DNA of 64,000 bases from an uncultured Sandaracinaceae bacterium. Its GTDB lineage: Bacteria > Myxococcota_A > Polyangia > Polyangiales > Sandaracinaceae. Each line of letters starts with the position of its first letter. Within the stretch, counting starts at the first letter, position 1. The notes beneath the pieces are model-generated. The model was not told the origin of the DNA and made no database searches. It worked only from the letters and a program-made list of their open reading frames with translations. Made by a program: the position numbers and the translations under genes. Of this stretch, positions 19,549 to 28,251 are shown piece after piece. Location of the stretch: contig CAYSCF010000004.1 of NCBI GenBank assembly GCA_964429305.1, positions 1,845 through 65,844 on the forward strand, written 5' to 3'.

Positions 19549-20877
19549 ATGACCGACCCCGGCCCGCACGCATCGTCCTTCGTCGAGCTCTTCCGCCTCG
19601 CGGCGCCCTACGTCCATGCGCATCGCGGGCGGACCTTCGTCGTGATGTTCGGCGGCGAGGCGGTCATCGATCACGACTTCCCGCACCTGGTGCAGGATCT
19701 CGCGCTCGTGCACTCGCTCGGCGTGCGGCTCGTGCTCGTGCACGGCAGCAAGCCGCAGATCGAGCGGCGCATGCGCGAGCGCAAGGTGCCGCTGCGCTTC
19801 TCGGGCGACGTTCGCATCACCGATCGCGCGACGATGAGCTGCGTCGAGGACGCAGTCGGCCACATCCGCGGGCGCATCGAGGGGCTCTTCTCGATGGGGC
19901 TGCCGTCGTCGCCGATGGAGAACGCGCGGCTGCGCGTCGCGTCGGGCAACTTCGTCGTCGCGCGACCGCGCGGCGTGCGCGACGGCGTCGACTTCCAGTT
20001 CACCGGTGGTGTGCGGCGCATCGATGCGGACGCGATCCGGCAGCGCCTGGACTCGGGCGCGATCGTGCTCGTCTCGCCGCTCGGCTACTCGCCAACGGGC
20101 GAGATATTCAACCTGCAGTCGCACGAGGTCGCCGCGGCGACGGCCTCCGCGCTCGGCGCCGACAAGCTCGTCTGTCTCGTCGAGGGCAAGGGCGTCGTCG
20201 ACAAGCGCGGGCGCGCGATCCCGCAGATCACGCCGGCCGAGGCCGAGACACTCTCGACGACGGGCAAGCATCTGCACGCGGACACGCGCAAGCACCTGGC
20301 CGCCGCGGCGCGCGCATGTCGCGACGGAGTGCGCCGCACGCATCTGGTCGAGCGACGCGTCGACGGCGCGGTCCTGCAAGAGCTCTTCACGCGAGAAGGG
20401 CGCGGCACGCTCGTCACGCAGGAGCAGTACGAAGGCATCCGTCCCGCGCACACCGAGGACATCCCCGGCATCCTGCAGCTGCTCGGGCCGCTGGAGGATG
20501 CGGGCATCCTCGTGCGCCGCACGCGCGAGACGCTCGAGCACGAGATCGATCGCTTCGTCGTCGTCGAGCGCGATGGTCTCGTCATCGGCACCGCGGCGAT
20601 CGAGCCTTTCGTCGAAGAGAAGACGGGCGAGCTCTACTGTCTCGCCGTCAATCCGCGCTACCGCGAGTCGGGTCGCGGCGAGCAGCTCGTCGAGTACGTC
20701 GTCGATCGCGCGCGCGCGATGGGGCTGGAGCGCCTGTTCGTGCTGACGACGCAGACGGCGCACTTCTTCCGCGAGCGTGGGTTCGTGCCGGCGACGGTGC
20801 GCGCGCTGCCGGCGGCGCGTCGCCAGCGCTACGATCATCGACGGCGCAGCAAGGTTCTCTTCCGCGAGGTGGGCTGA
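19549..20877 (+). CDS. argA: Amino-acid N-acetyltransferase (N-acetylglutamate synthase; AAK plus GNAT domains)
   Basis: ATG 19549 inside ORF 17440..20877 (MTDPGPHASSFVELFRLAAPYVHAHRGRTFVVMFGGEA). Collinear with remembered E. coli ArgA through to RRSKVLFREVG. Confidence 0.9.
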   Translation: MTDPGPHASSFVELFRLAAPYVHAHRGRTFVVMFGGEAVIDHDFPHLVQDLALVHSLGVRLVLVHGSKPQIERRMRERKVPLRFSGDVRITDRATMSCVEDAVGHIRGRIEGLFSMGLPSSPMENARLRVASGNFVVARPRGVRDGVDFQFTGGVRRIDADAIRQRLDSGAIVLVSPLGYSPTGEIFNLQSHEVAAATASALGADKLVCLVEGKGVVDKRGRAIPQITPAEAETLSTTGKHLHADTRKHLAAAARACRDGVRRTHLVERRVDGAVLQELFTREGRGTLVTQEQYEGIRPAHTEDIPGILQLLGPLEDAGILVRRTRETLEHEIDRFVVVERDGLVIGTAAIEPFVEEKTGELYCLAVNPRYRESGRGEQLVEYVVDRARAMGLERLFVLTTQTAHFFRERGFVPATVRALPAARRQRYDHRRRSKVLFREVG

Positions 20878-21626
20878 TGCACGAGATCGTCGATCTGGAG
20901 ACCGCGCGTGCGGCACGAGGCGTTCGCATCGTCGTCGCCGCGCTGCTCGCGAGCCCGTGGACGGAGGCCGCCAAGGGTGTCTTTCGTCTGGGCGGCATCG
21001 ACACGAAGTGGGTGCGCTTCACGCGCGATCCGGCGCTCGGCGCCTGGACCCACACGCACAACACGCCCGTCGTGATGCACGACGACGAGGCGCCGCGCAC
21101 GAGCTCGGCCGACATCGTGACGCTCGCCTCGCGTCTCACGCGCGTGCCGCTCGTGCCTTCGGCCGCCGAAGATCGCGCGCGTCACTTCGGATGGATCCAC
21201 GAGCTCGCGGGCGAGGACGGCCTCGGCTGGTGCTCGCGTCTGTGGATGATGGAGGCGGGCCTGACGAGCGAGGGCAAGACGGGCTTCTCGGTGCCCGTCG
21301 CTCGTTTTCTCGCGCCCAAGTACGGCTACGCCGAAGGTCGGCTCACGTACGCTCGCGAGCGCATCACGGACATCCTCGGCATGTTCGAGCGCGCGCTCGG
21401 AGAGAAGGAGTACGTCGCGGGCGATGCGCCGATGGCGATCGACGTCTACCTCGCGACGTTCCTGGCGCCGCTCGTCGGCGTGAGCGAGCAGGAGTGCCCG
21501 GCGATGCGGCCCGAGCTGCGCGCGGCGTTCGACACGATCCGCCACGAGCTCGTGGTGCCGAGCGCCCTCGTCGCGCATCGCAGGCGGATGTACGAGCGGC
21601 ATCTGCCGCTGCCGATTCCGCTGTAA
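20877..21626 (+). CDS. Glutathione S-transferase-like protein (weak assignment)
   Basis: ATG 20877 overlaps the argA stop (TGATG). C-terminal EKEYVAGDAPMAIDVYLATFLAPL resembles a GST C-domain. High GC3. Confidence 0.5.
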   Translation: MHEIVDLETARAARGVRIVVAALLASPWTEAAKGVFRLGGIDTKWVRFTRDPALGAWTHTHNTPVVMHDDEAPRTSSADIVTLASRLTRVPLVPSAAEDRARHFGWIHELAGEDGLGWCSRLWMMEAGLTSEGKTGFSVPVARFLAPKYGYAEGRLTYARERITDILGMFERALGEKEYVAGDAPMAIDVYLATFLAPLVGVSEQECPAMRPELRAAFDTIRHELVVPSALVAHRRRMYERHLPLPIPL

Positions 21627-21629
21627 GCG

Positions 21630-21905
21630 CCCGAACGAGGGCAAATAGGGGTGGGCCTCGGCCTACGTTGGCCTCGCGTAGAGACGCAACACTCTGACCG
21701 CGCGCAGGTGTCAGTCCGAGCGCATCGCCTCGCTGCCCCTCGGCTCTTCATCGTGATCAACACGGGCGCCGCTCCACCGAGGCTCCCCTCGGGGGGCGTG
21801 TCGTACGCCGGCCTTCTCTCCCGCGGGCTTGCGCCCGGCGCCGCGTCGCGCGCCGCCGTGGGCGCGGTATGCGATCTCGATCTGTCTGGCTCGTCTGCGT
21901 CTCAT
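21630..21905 (-). pseudogene. Frameshifted, truncated N-terminal remnant of a RayT/IS200-like (Y1) transposase
   Basis: ORF 21711..21905 reads MRRRRARQIEIAYRAHGGARRGAGRKPAGEKAGVRHAPRGEP. The +1 frame continues PVLITMKSR and a third frame gives VASLRE...LFALVRAL. No intact catalytic domain. Confidence 0.4.
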
Positions 21906-22036
21906 CCACTGGAGACGGTGGACGCAGCGCAGACTGACGCTCCCGATCTCGATTCAGCACAGATCGCCAGAGCTGCGATCCGTGCTCGCCGAGCTCGAGA
22001 TGCTCGATCGGCGATCGACGAGCGCCCGATACGCGA

Positions 22037-22879
22037 TCACTTGCCGTGCTGCACTTGGTGCGGCTGGAGCCAGCTCGAGTCGCCGAGCTTCGCATCGGCC
22101 CAGTCGACGCCGATCGCGCCGTTCTGCAGCGCGACGACCTTGCCGGCGTGCCAGCCGCCGACCTTCGGATGCTCGGCCATCACGCTCGCACCGATCGCGA
22201 ACGCTACGCCCTTCTGCATCCCCATGTCTTTCTGCATGGCGACGTCCTTGTGCATCGCCATCTTCGCGTGCTGCACCTGCTGCGGATACAGCCACGTCGA
22301 CTGGCCGAGGTTCGGATCGTCCCAGTCGACGCCGATCATGCCGTTCTGCATCGCCGTGACCCGACCGGGATGCATTCCGCCCATCGGGTGCTGGCCGATC
22401 ACGGCCTCTCCCATCTGCGGCGCGCCCATCGTCGGCGCGCCCATCATCGGTTGTTGCATCGCGGCGCCGCCGATCACTTGGATGTCCGCGTTCGCGTGCG
22501 CATCGACCTCGCCCGGGATGTCGGCCGACGCGCTCACGCGATAGTCGATCTGTCCCTTCACCTCCGCCTGCATCTGCGGCGGGAGCTGGAGCGAGAACTG
22601 GAACGGGCACACCTGACCCGGCGCGACCGAGAACGGTCCGCTCAGCGTCTGCTCCGGCACGACGTTCGTGACCGACGAGCCCGCGGGCGGCTTGCCCGGC
22701 ACGGTCGGCTGCGTATGCGTCATCGTCATCCGCACCTTGATGCTCGTGATGTTCTGCGCGCGCTTGCCGCCCGTGAACGTCACGACACCGAAAGCCGTCT
22801 GTCCCGGCGCGACCTGCATCGACTGCAGCTGCAAGGTCAGCGTTCCACCACCCGCCCCGAACACGTCGAACAAACCCAT
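22037..22879 (-). CDS. Spo0M-like (arrestin-fold) protein with two C-terminal tandem about 35-aa repeats
   Basis: ORF trimmed to ATG 22879 (MGLFDVFGAGGGTLTLQLQSMQVAPGQTAFGVVTFTGGKRAQNITSIKVRMTMT) with GGGAGG upstream. Repeats HPGRVTAMQNGMIGVDWDDPNLGQSTWLYPQQVQH and HAGKVVALQNGAIGVDWADAKLGDSSWLQPHQVQH. Confidence 0.7.
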   Translation of the reverse strand: MGLFDVFGAGGGTLTLQLQSMQVAPGQTAFGVVTFTGGKRAQNITSIKVRMTMTHTQPTVPGKPPAGSSVTNVVPEQTLSGPFSVAPGQVCPFQFSLQLPPQMQAEVKGQIDYRVSASADIPGEVDAHANADIQVIGGAAMQQPMMGAPTMGAPQMGEAVIGQHPMGGMHPGRVTAMQNGMIGVDWDDPNLGQSTWLYPQQVQHAKMAMHKDVAMQKDMGMQKGVAFAIGASVMAEHPKVGGWHAGKVVALQNGAIGVDWADAKLGDSSWLQPHQVQHGK

Positions 22880-22923
22880 CGCTCGCCTCCCTCGTTGGTG
22901 CGACCGTTGTACCATCCCGCCGA

Positions 22924-24495
22924 ATGCTTCGGCTCGGCGCGTGTCTGCTGCTCGTCCTCATGCTCGCCGGCTCGTCGCACGTCGCGCGCGCCCAGGACGA
23001 GGGCTTCCGCATCGATCGCTTTCGTCCCGCGCCGACCGCCGAAGACGGTCTCGGCGTGCAGTACGCGCGCACGCTCGGCCATGCCGTCCCGAGCGCCGGT
23101 CTCGTGCTCGACTACGCGCACGATCCGCTCGTCGCGCGCACGACGAGCGGCGAGTGGGGAGAGATCGTCAGCAACCGCATGCTCGCGAACGTCGCCCTTG
23201 CGATCGGCGTGCTCGACTTCCTCGAATTCCATCTGCGCGTGCCCGTCGCGTTCTCGGCGGGCGACTCGCCGACGACCGGCGGCCTGAATTTTCCCTCGCC
23301 CGACGTCGTCGGCATCGGTGACGGCGTGCTCGGCGCGTCCGTCGCGTTCTACTCCGAGGGCCGCCGCGGCCTCTCGCTCGGCATGACCGTCGAGGGCTTC
23401 ATCCCGTGGGGCGTGGCCAGCTCGTATGCGAGCGACACGGCGTTCGGCGGGCGCGCGCAGCTGCTCGCGACGCTCGCGCTCTCGTCGGTGACGTTCTCGC
23501 TGATGGCCGGCGCGATGTACCGACCCGACCGCGTGATCTCGGTCGCGCATCAAGGAAGCGAATTCGAGTACGCGGCCTCCATCATGGTGCCCGCGCTGCC
23601 CGATCTCGATCTCTTCCTCGAGGCCGTCGGCGCCGTGAGCCTGCCCGATGGCCAAGCGCATCCGACGCCGATCGAGGCGATGCTCGGCGCGCGCAGTCGC
23701 GTCGGCGGCGGCTGGTCGATCGAGGGCGGTGTCGGCACCGGCTTCTCGCAGAGCGTGGGTGTGCCGGACTTCCGTGGGATGCTCGGTCTGCGCTGGACGC
23801 TGCCGCCGCCGCCCGTGGGCGACACCGATGGCGACGGCTTTCTCGACACCGTCGATCAGTGCCCGACGATCGCCGAAGATCACGACGGCTGGCAGGACAA
23901 CGACGGCTGCGTCGATCCCGACGACGATGCCGACGGATGGATGGATGAAGACGACGCGTGCCCGCGCGCCGCCGAAGATCGCGACGGCTTCTCCGATACC
24001 GACGGCTGCCCCGATCCCGACGACGACGGCGACGGCGTGCCCGACCAGGACGATCACTGCCCGCGATCGCCCGGCGAGAGCTTCCAGCACGGATGCCCGC
24101 AGCTGATCGGCGTGGCGGCCGATCGCATCACGTTCACGTGGCCGATCGACTTCGCGCCCGGCTCGTCCGAGATGCCGGTGAGCGCGGGCGGCGCGATCGA
24201 CGAGACGGCGCGCACGCTCGCCGTCGACGACACGCTCGCTCGCTGGCGGATCGCCGTGCGCGCGGTGCCGAGCGGACGACGCGACGATGGAACCGCGCTC
24301 GCGATGGCGCGTGCACAGGCCGTGTGCGCGGCGCTCGTCCACGCGGGCATCGAAGCTTCGCGCCTCGAGCCCGCGATCCTTCCGGCGGGCCCTGGCGATG
24401 CGATCGAGATGACGAACCTCGGCCCGACGGTGCATCACGCGCCGCCGCCGCCGCGCCCCGCCGCGCCCGAGCGTCCCCCGGAGGTGCAGCCGTGA
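22924..24495 (+). CDS. OmpA-family outer-membrane protein with thrombospondin type-3 (Asp-rich Ca-binding) repeats
   Basis: Signal peptide MLRLGACLLLVLMLAGSSHVARA. Repeats DTDGDGFLDTVDQCP, DNDGCVDPDDDADG, DTDGCPDPDDDGDGVPDQDDHCP. OmpA_C-like C-terminus. Confidence 0.8.
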   Translation: MLRLGACLLLVLMLAGSSHVARAQDEGFRIDRFRPAPTAEDGLGVQYARTLGHAVPSAGLVLDYAHDPLVARTTSGEWGEIVSNRMLANVALAIGVLDFLEFHLRVPVAFSAGDSPTTGGLNFPSPDVVGIGDGVLGASVAFYSEGRRGLSLGMTVEGFIPWGVASSYASDTAFGGRAQLLATLALSSVTFSLMAGAMYRPDRVISVAHQGSEFEYAASIMVPALPDLDLFLEAVGAVSLPDGQAHPTPIEAMLGARSRVGGGWSIEGGVGTGFSQSVGVPDFRGMLGLRWTLPPPPVGDTDGDGFLDTVDQCPTIAEDHDGWQDNDGCVDPDDDADGWMDEDDACPRAAEDRDGFSDTDGCPDPDDDGDGVPDQDDHCPRSPGESFQHGCPQLIGVAADRITFTWPIDFAPGSSEMPVSAGGAIDETARTLAVDDTLARWRIAVRAVPSGRRDDGTALAMARAQAVCAALVHAGIEASRLEPAILPAGPGDAIEMTNLGPTVHHAPPPPRPAAPERPPEVQP

Positions 24496-25742
24496 GAGCC
24501 TTCGTCTTCGTTCTCGTCTTCGTCCTCGTCTTCGTCTTCGTGCCGGCGCTCGCTTCGGCGCAGGCGCCGCTCGTGACCGGGCTCGGCGGGCCGCTCGACT
24601 TCGGCACCGACTCACCGCCGCGTAGCGACGACGACACGATGCCCACCGCGATCAGTCTCTCGGGCACGTTCCCGAGCGGCATCGATCTCTACGGCGTGCA
24701 TCTGACCGACGTGTTCGTGAACGTGAACGGCTCGCTCACGTTCGGCGCGCCGATCGCTTCGTTCGATCCCACGCCGTTCCCGCGCCCGGCCGGCAGCGTG
24801 CCGATGATCGCCGGCTGGTGGGCGAACGTGGACACGCGCCCCGTGCCGCCGACCGAGACGGACGGAAACCAGATCTACTTCGCGTCCACGCCCGAGCACT
24901 TCGTCGTCACGTGGATCGACGTCGGCTACTTCGATCAGCACATCGATCATCTGAACGCGTTCCAGATCATCCTCTCGCCCACGACGACCGGCATCGAGGG
25001 CGCGATGGACGTCGAGCTCCGCTATCACCGCTGCGAGTGGACGACGGGTGACGATCCCGCGAGCGGCGGCACGAACGGCCTCGGCGGCAACGCGGCGCAA
25101 GCGGGCTTCGATGCGGGCGACGGAGAGCACTATGCGGTGCTGCCCGGATCGGGCACCGCCGCGATCCTCTCGCTCTGCACGCTCGTCGGTGGCGGCAGCG
25201 GCGGCGCGGGCGGCGGCGTCGGCGCGTTCGGCATGACCGTCGGCGGGCCGGAGCGCTGCGGCAATGGCTTCGTCGAGCCCGGCGAAGAGTGCGACGACGG
25301 CAACACCGAGCCGCACGACTTCTGCGACGACTCGTGCATGGCGACGACGCCTTGCTACACGGCCTTCGCGGACGGCGGTCGTCACGATCCGTTCGGCGAC
25401 ACCGCGCTCGATGCGAGCGTCGATGCGAGCACGGACGCCGCGGTCGCTCCCTGCGACGGCCCGGACGCGGGGCCCGACGACGACGCCGCGATCGTCGAGA
25501 TCGACGTCGGCCGAGCCGACGCCGGCCGTCGACCGGATGCGGGCACGCGCTTCGATGCGGGACCGCGGATCGACTCGGGCGAGCACCCCGATGGCGGCGG
25601 ACCGCCACCGAACACGAACGCGCTCGACGTCACGGGCGGCGCATGCGGCTGTCGTGCAGGCGGCAACGGGCGAGCTTCCAGCACTGCGCTGTCCCTGCTG
25701 CTCGCTTGGGTGATGACGCGCGTACGGCGAAGGTGGCGCTGA
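24492..25742 (+). CDS. Secreted NIDO-like domain protein with Cys-rich repeat and MYXO-CTERM sorting tail
   Basis: GTG 24492 overlaps the previous stop (GTGA). Signal VRAFVFVLVFVLVFVFVPALASA. VNVNGSLTFGAPI...IAGWWANVD. CGNGFVEPGEECDDGN. C-terminus GGACGCRAGG...LSLLLAWVMTRVRRRWR. Confidence 0.8.
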   Translation: MRAFVFVLVFVLVFVFVPALASAQAPLVTGLGGPLDFGTDSPPRSDDDTMPTAISLSGTFPSGIDLYGVHLTDVFVNVNGSLTFGAPIASFDPTPFPRPAGSVPMIAGWWANVDTRPVPPTETDGNQIYFASTPEHFVVTWIDVGYFDQHIDHLNAFQIILSPTTTGIEGAMDVELRYHRCEWTTGDDPASGGTNGLGGNAAQAGFDAGDGEHYAVLPGSGTAAILSLCTLVGGGSGGAGGGVGAFGMTVGGPERCGNGFVEPGEECDDGNTEPHDFCDDSCMATTPCYTAFADGGRHDPFGDTALDASVDASTDAAVAPCDGPDAGPDDDAAIVEIDVGRADAGRRPDAGTRFDAGPRIDSGEHPDGGGPPPNTNALDVTGGACGCRAGGNGRASSTALSLLLAWVMTRVRRRWR

Positions 25743-25758
25743 AGGTCCGAGCGGATGC

Positions 25759-25804
25759 GCTCGAGTCGTCGACGTCGGTTCGATCTTTCGCGTCGACCTC
25801 GAGC
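25759..25804 (+). terminator. Possible intrinsic terminator hairpin
   Basis: GCTCGAG-t-CGTCGACG ... CGTCGAC-CTCGAGC inverted repeat, 17 nt after the stop at 25742. No U-tract. Confidence 0.3.
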
Positions 25805-25853
25805 ATCGCGGCGTGGTGAGCGACGTCGCGCGACGCGCTATCATGCGTGTGAC

Positions 25854-27314
25854 GTGAAACGCCCATGCTCGTCCTCGTTGCTCGCTCTGGTTCTCGCGCT
25901 GGCGGGATGCGGTGAGACGCACGGCCCCGCCGTGGATGCGAGCGCGGGCGCCGACGGGAGCACCCGTCCCACGGATGATGGCGGCGTGGCGGACGACGAG
26001 AGCGCGATCGACGGCGCGGCACGGCTCGCGCTCCCCGACGAGGGCCGGGACACCTTCTACGTGCCCGGCACGTTCGCCGATCTGGACGGTGACGGCTTCG
26101 ACGACATCGTGCTCGTCAATACCGTGAACTGGGGTGACGCTCCGCCGTACCACGGCGGCGGCTTCGCGATCCTGTACGGCCGCGCGGACCGCTCACCTCC
26201 GACGGCGGACGAGCTCGTCGAGATCCGAGGGCCCACGCATCAGACCGCGGGCGTCTGGGTCGCGCGCGGTGAGTACGACGGCGACGGGCTCGACGACGTG
26301 GTCATCGGGATCCCCGGCATCGGGACGGACTTCGGATCGCTGCACGTGCTCTACGGTGCGCGCACGCGCCTCTCGGGATCGATCGCGATCGACGATGTCG
26401 CGCCCGCGCTCACGTGGAACGGGCTCGTCGAGTCGCCCGTCTCGTTCCCGGGACCGGGCACGTGCGCGGGCGACGTGGACGGCGACGGGCGCGACGACCT
26501 CCTGATCGCGCATCCCAGTTACGCGACGGCCGGCGGCGTCGCGTACCTCCTTCTCGGAAGCGCGGCGCGCTGGCCCGGTGCCGTGACGGCCGACGCGACG
26601 TTCACCGTGCCGGACTTGCGAAGCCCCTACGTCGCCGGCGGCGGCGACATGGACGGCGACGGGCACGTGGACCTCGTGCTCGGAGACCGTGCGCCCGACG
26701 GCAGCGAGAGCCGCTTCGACCTGTTCTACGGACCGATCACGCTCGGCACGCACGCGCTCGACGACGCGGACGCGCACGTGGCGACCGGGGGCTACTCCGC
26801 GTTCGCCGGTCGCGACGCGAACGGTGACGGCCTCGCGGATCTCGCCGTCGGCGACGGGACCTTCGGCGATGGACCGGTGAGCGGACCGATGCACGTGTTC
26901 CTCGGCTCGCACACGCGCCTGGCCGGTGACGTCGCGCCAACCGCGGCGCCGATCACGATCTCGCCGCTGCACGAGGGCGACGGCCTCGGCATGTCGTTCG
27001 ACGTGGGTGACACCGACGGCGACGGGGCGCCCGACGTGCTCGTGGCGCTCCCGTACGCCGACGATCGCGACGGTCGCATGGCGCTCTTGCTCGGCCCGCT
27101 ACGCTCGCGCTCCGCGACGGATGCCGATCGCTCGTGGCTGGGCACGTCCGCCGCGCTCAACGGCGGACACGGGGCCGGCGTGACCATCGAAGGCGGGGCC
27201 GCACTGGGCGACTTCGATGGGGACGGCTTCGACGACGTGCTGCTCGGTGGTGGGCTCGCGGGCGCGACGACGTCGATCGGCGCCGTCTACCTCGCGTACG
27301 GCGCCGCCCGCTGA
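25854..27314 (+). CDS. FG-GAP/VCBS-repeat lipoprotein
   Basis: GTG 25854 (VKRPCSSSLLALVLALAGC). Seven repeats of type DLDGDGFDDIVL / GDVDGDGRDDLLIA / GDTDGDGAPDVLVA. Confidence 0.8.
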   Translation: MKRPCSSSLLALVLALAGCGETHGPAVDASAGADGSTRPTDDGGVADDESAIDGAARLALPDEGRDTFYVPGTFADLDGDGFDDIVLVNTVNWGDAPPYHGGGFAILYGRADRSPPTADELVEIRGPTHQTAGVWVARGEYDGDGLDDVVIGIPGIGTDFGSLHVLYGARTRLSGSIAIDDVAPALTWNGLVESPVSFPGPGTCAGDVDGDGRDDLLIAHPSYATAGGVAYLLLGSAARWPGAVTADATFTVPDLRSPYVAGGGDMDGDGHVDLVLGDRAPDGSESRFDLFYGPITLGTHALDDADAHVATGGYSAFAGRDANGDGLADLAVGDGTFGDGPVSGPMHVFLGSHTRLAGDVAPTAAPITISPLHEGDGLGMSFDVGDTDGDGAPDVLVALPYADDRDGRMALLLGPLRSRSATDADRSWLGTSAALNGGHGAGVTIEGGAALGDFDGDGFDDVLLGGGLAGATTSIGAVYLAYGAAR

Positions 27315-27486
27315 GCTCCTCGCGGTCGCGTGTGGATGCTCGCCGTCGCATGGCTCGCGACCGCGGCGACGGGCCGCGCGTGGGACGGCCCGCGTGCTGT
27401 CACACGTGACGCGCCTGAACTGAGCAGTTCTTCGGCGGATCGCCTCGGATCGGTGCTTGCTCAGGAGCTTGTCCGGAGACCCGCGG

Positions 27487-28251
27487 ATGTTGCGACGGAC
27501 ACTCTGGACGTGCGTGTGTGTGATCTCGATCGCCTCGCTCGGCGTGCCGCAGATGGCGCGCGCGCAAGACGCGACGACGACGACCGATGCGGACGAGGCC
27601 GCGCGCCGGCAGTTCCGGATCGGCCAGGCCTTCTACGACAACGGCGACTTCGCGCAGGCGGCCGACGCGTTCGACGAGGCGTACGCGCGCTCGCATCGAC
27701 CCGAGCTGCTCTACAACCTGTATCTCGCGCGTCGTGATGCGGGGCAGCGCACGGCGGCCATCGCCGCGCTGCGCGGCTATCTCGATCAGGTGCCGGACAC
27801 CGAGCGCGGCGCATCGCTGCGCGCGCGGCTGCAGATCATGGAGCAAGAAGAGGCCGCTGCCGCCGCGAGCACCCCCGCTCCCGAGACGACGCCCACGCCC
27901 GAGCCCGTGACGCCGCCGCCGCCCGCGTCGTCGAGCGTCGATCCCGCGCCGTGGATCGTCCTCGGGAGCGGCGCCGCGGTCGCGATCGTCGGCGCCGCGC
28001 TGATGGGCGTCGGATTCGCCGATGCGAGCCGCGTGAACGATCCTCCGATGGGCACGCCGTGGTCCGACCTCTCGAGCAACGCGTCCGATGCAAACACGCT
28101 CTGGGGCGTCGGGCTCACGCTCGCGATCGTCGGTGTCGTCGCCGTGGGCGCCGGCCTCGTGTGGGGCGTCGTCGGCGGATCGCACGGCGATCAGGCGTCT
28201 GCCCGACTGCATCTCGGCCCGACCGGTCTCTCGCTCGAAGGAACGTTCTGA
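27487..28251 (+). CDS. Secreted TPR-like protein with C-terminal membrane segments
   Basis: ATG 27487 (MLRRTLWTCVCVISIASLGVPQMARA). FRIGQAFYDNGDFAQAADAFDEAY. Hydrophobic segments WIVLGSGAAVAIVGAALMGVGF and LWGVGLTLAIVGVVAVGAGLVWGVV. Confidence 0.7.
   Translation: MLRRTLWTCVCVISIASLGVPQMARAQDATTTTDADEAARRQFRIGQAFYDNGDFAQAADAFDEAYARSHRPELLYNLYLARRDAGQRTAAIAALRGYLDQVPDTERGASLRARLQIMEQEEAAAAASTPAPETTPTPEPVTPPPPASSSVDPAPWIVLGSGAAVAIVGAALMGVGFADASRVNDPPMGTPWSDLSSNASDANTLWGVGLTLAIVGVVAVGAGLVWGVVGGSHGDQASARLHLGPTGLSLEGTF

Noticed and set aside
16973-19573. 866-aa minus-strand ORF antisense to the monooxygenase and argE genes
   Set aside because: Shadow frame. The plus-strand genes match well-known enzyme families end to end.
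17440-20877. Very long N-terminal extensions in the ORF track (17440..20877, 566..2401, 23958..25742, 41738..45931, 44284..47460, 29902..31200, 30914..32806)
   Set aside because: Only the 3-prime parts match protein families and begin with plausible signal peptides or conserved N-termini. The extensions overlap upstream genes in other frames and are Arg-rich read-through.
24497-24545. Nucleotide similarity between the (GTCTTC)n-like runs at 24497-24545 and 56886-56935
   Set aside because: This is a low-complexity coincidence. One run encodes a FVLV-type signal peptide on the plus strand. The other encodes the DEDE acidic tail of the H1-like protein on the minus strand. There is no extended homology.
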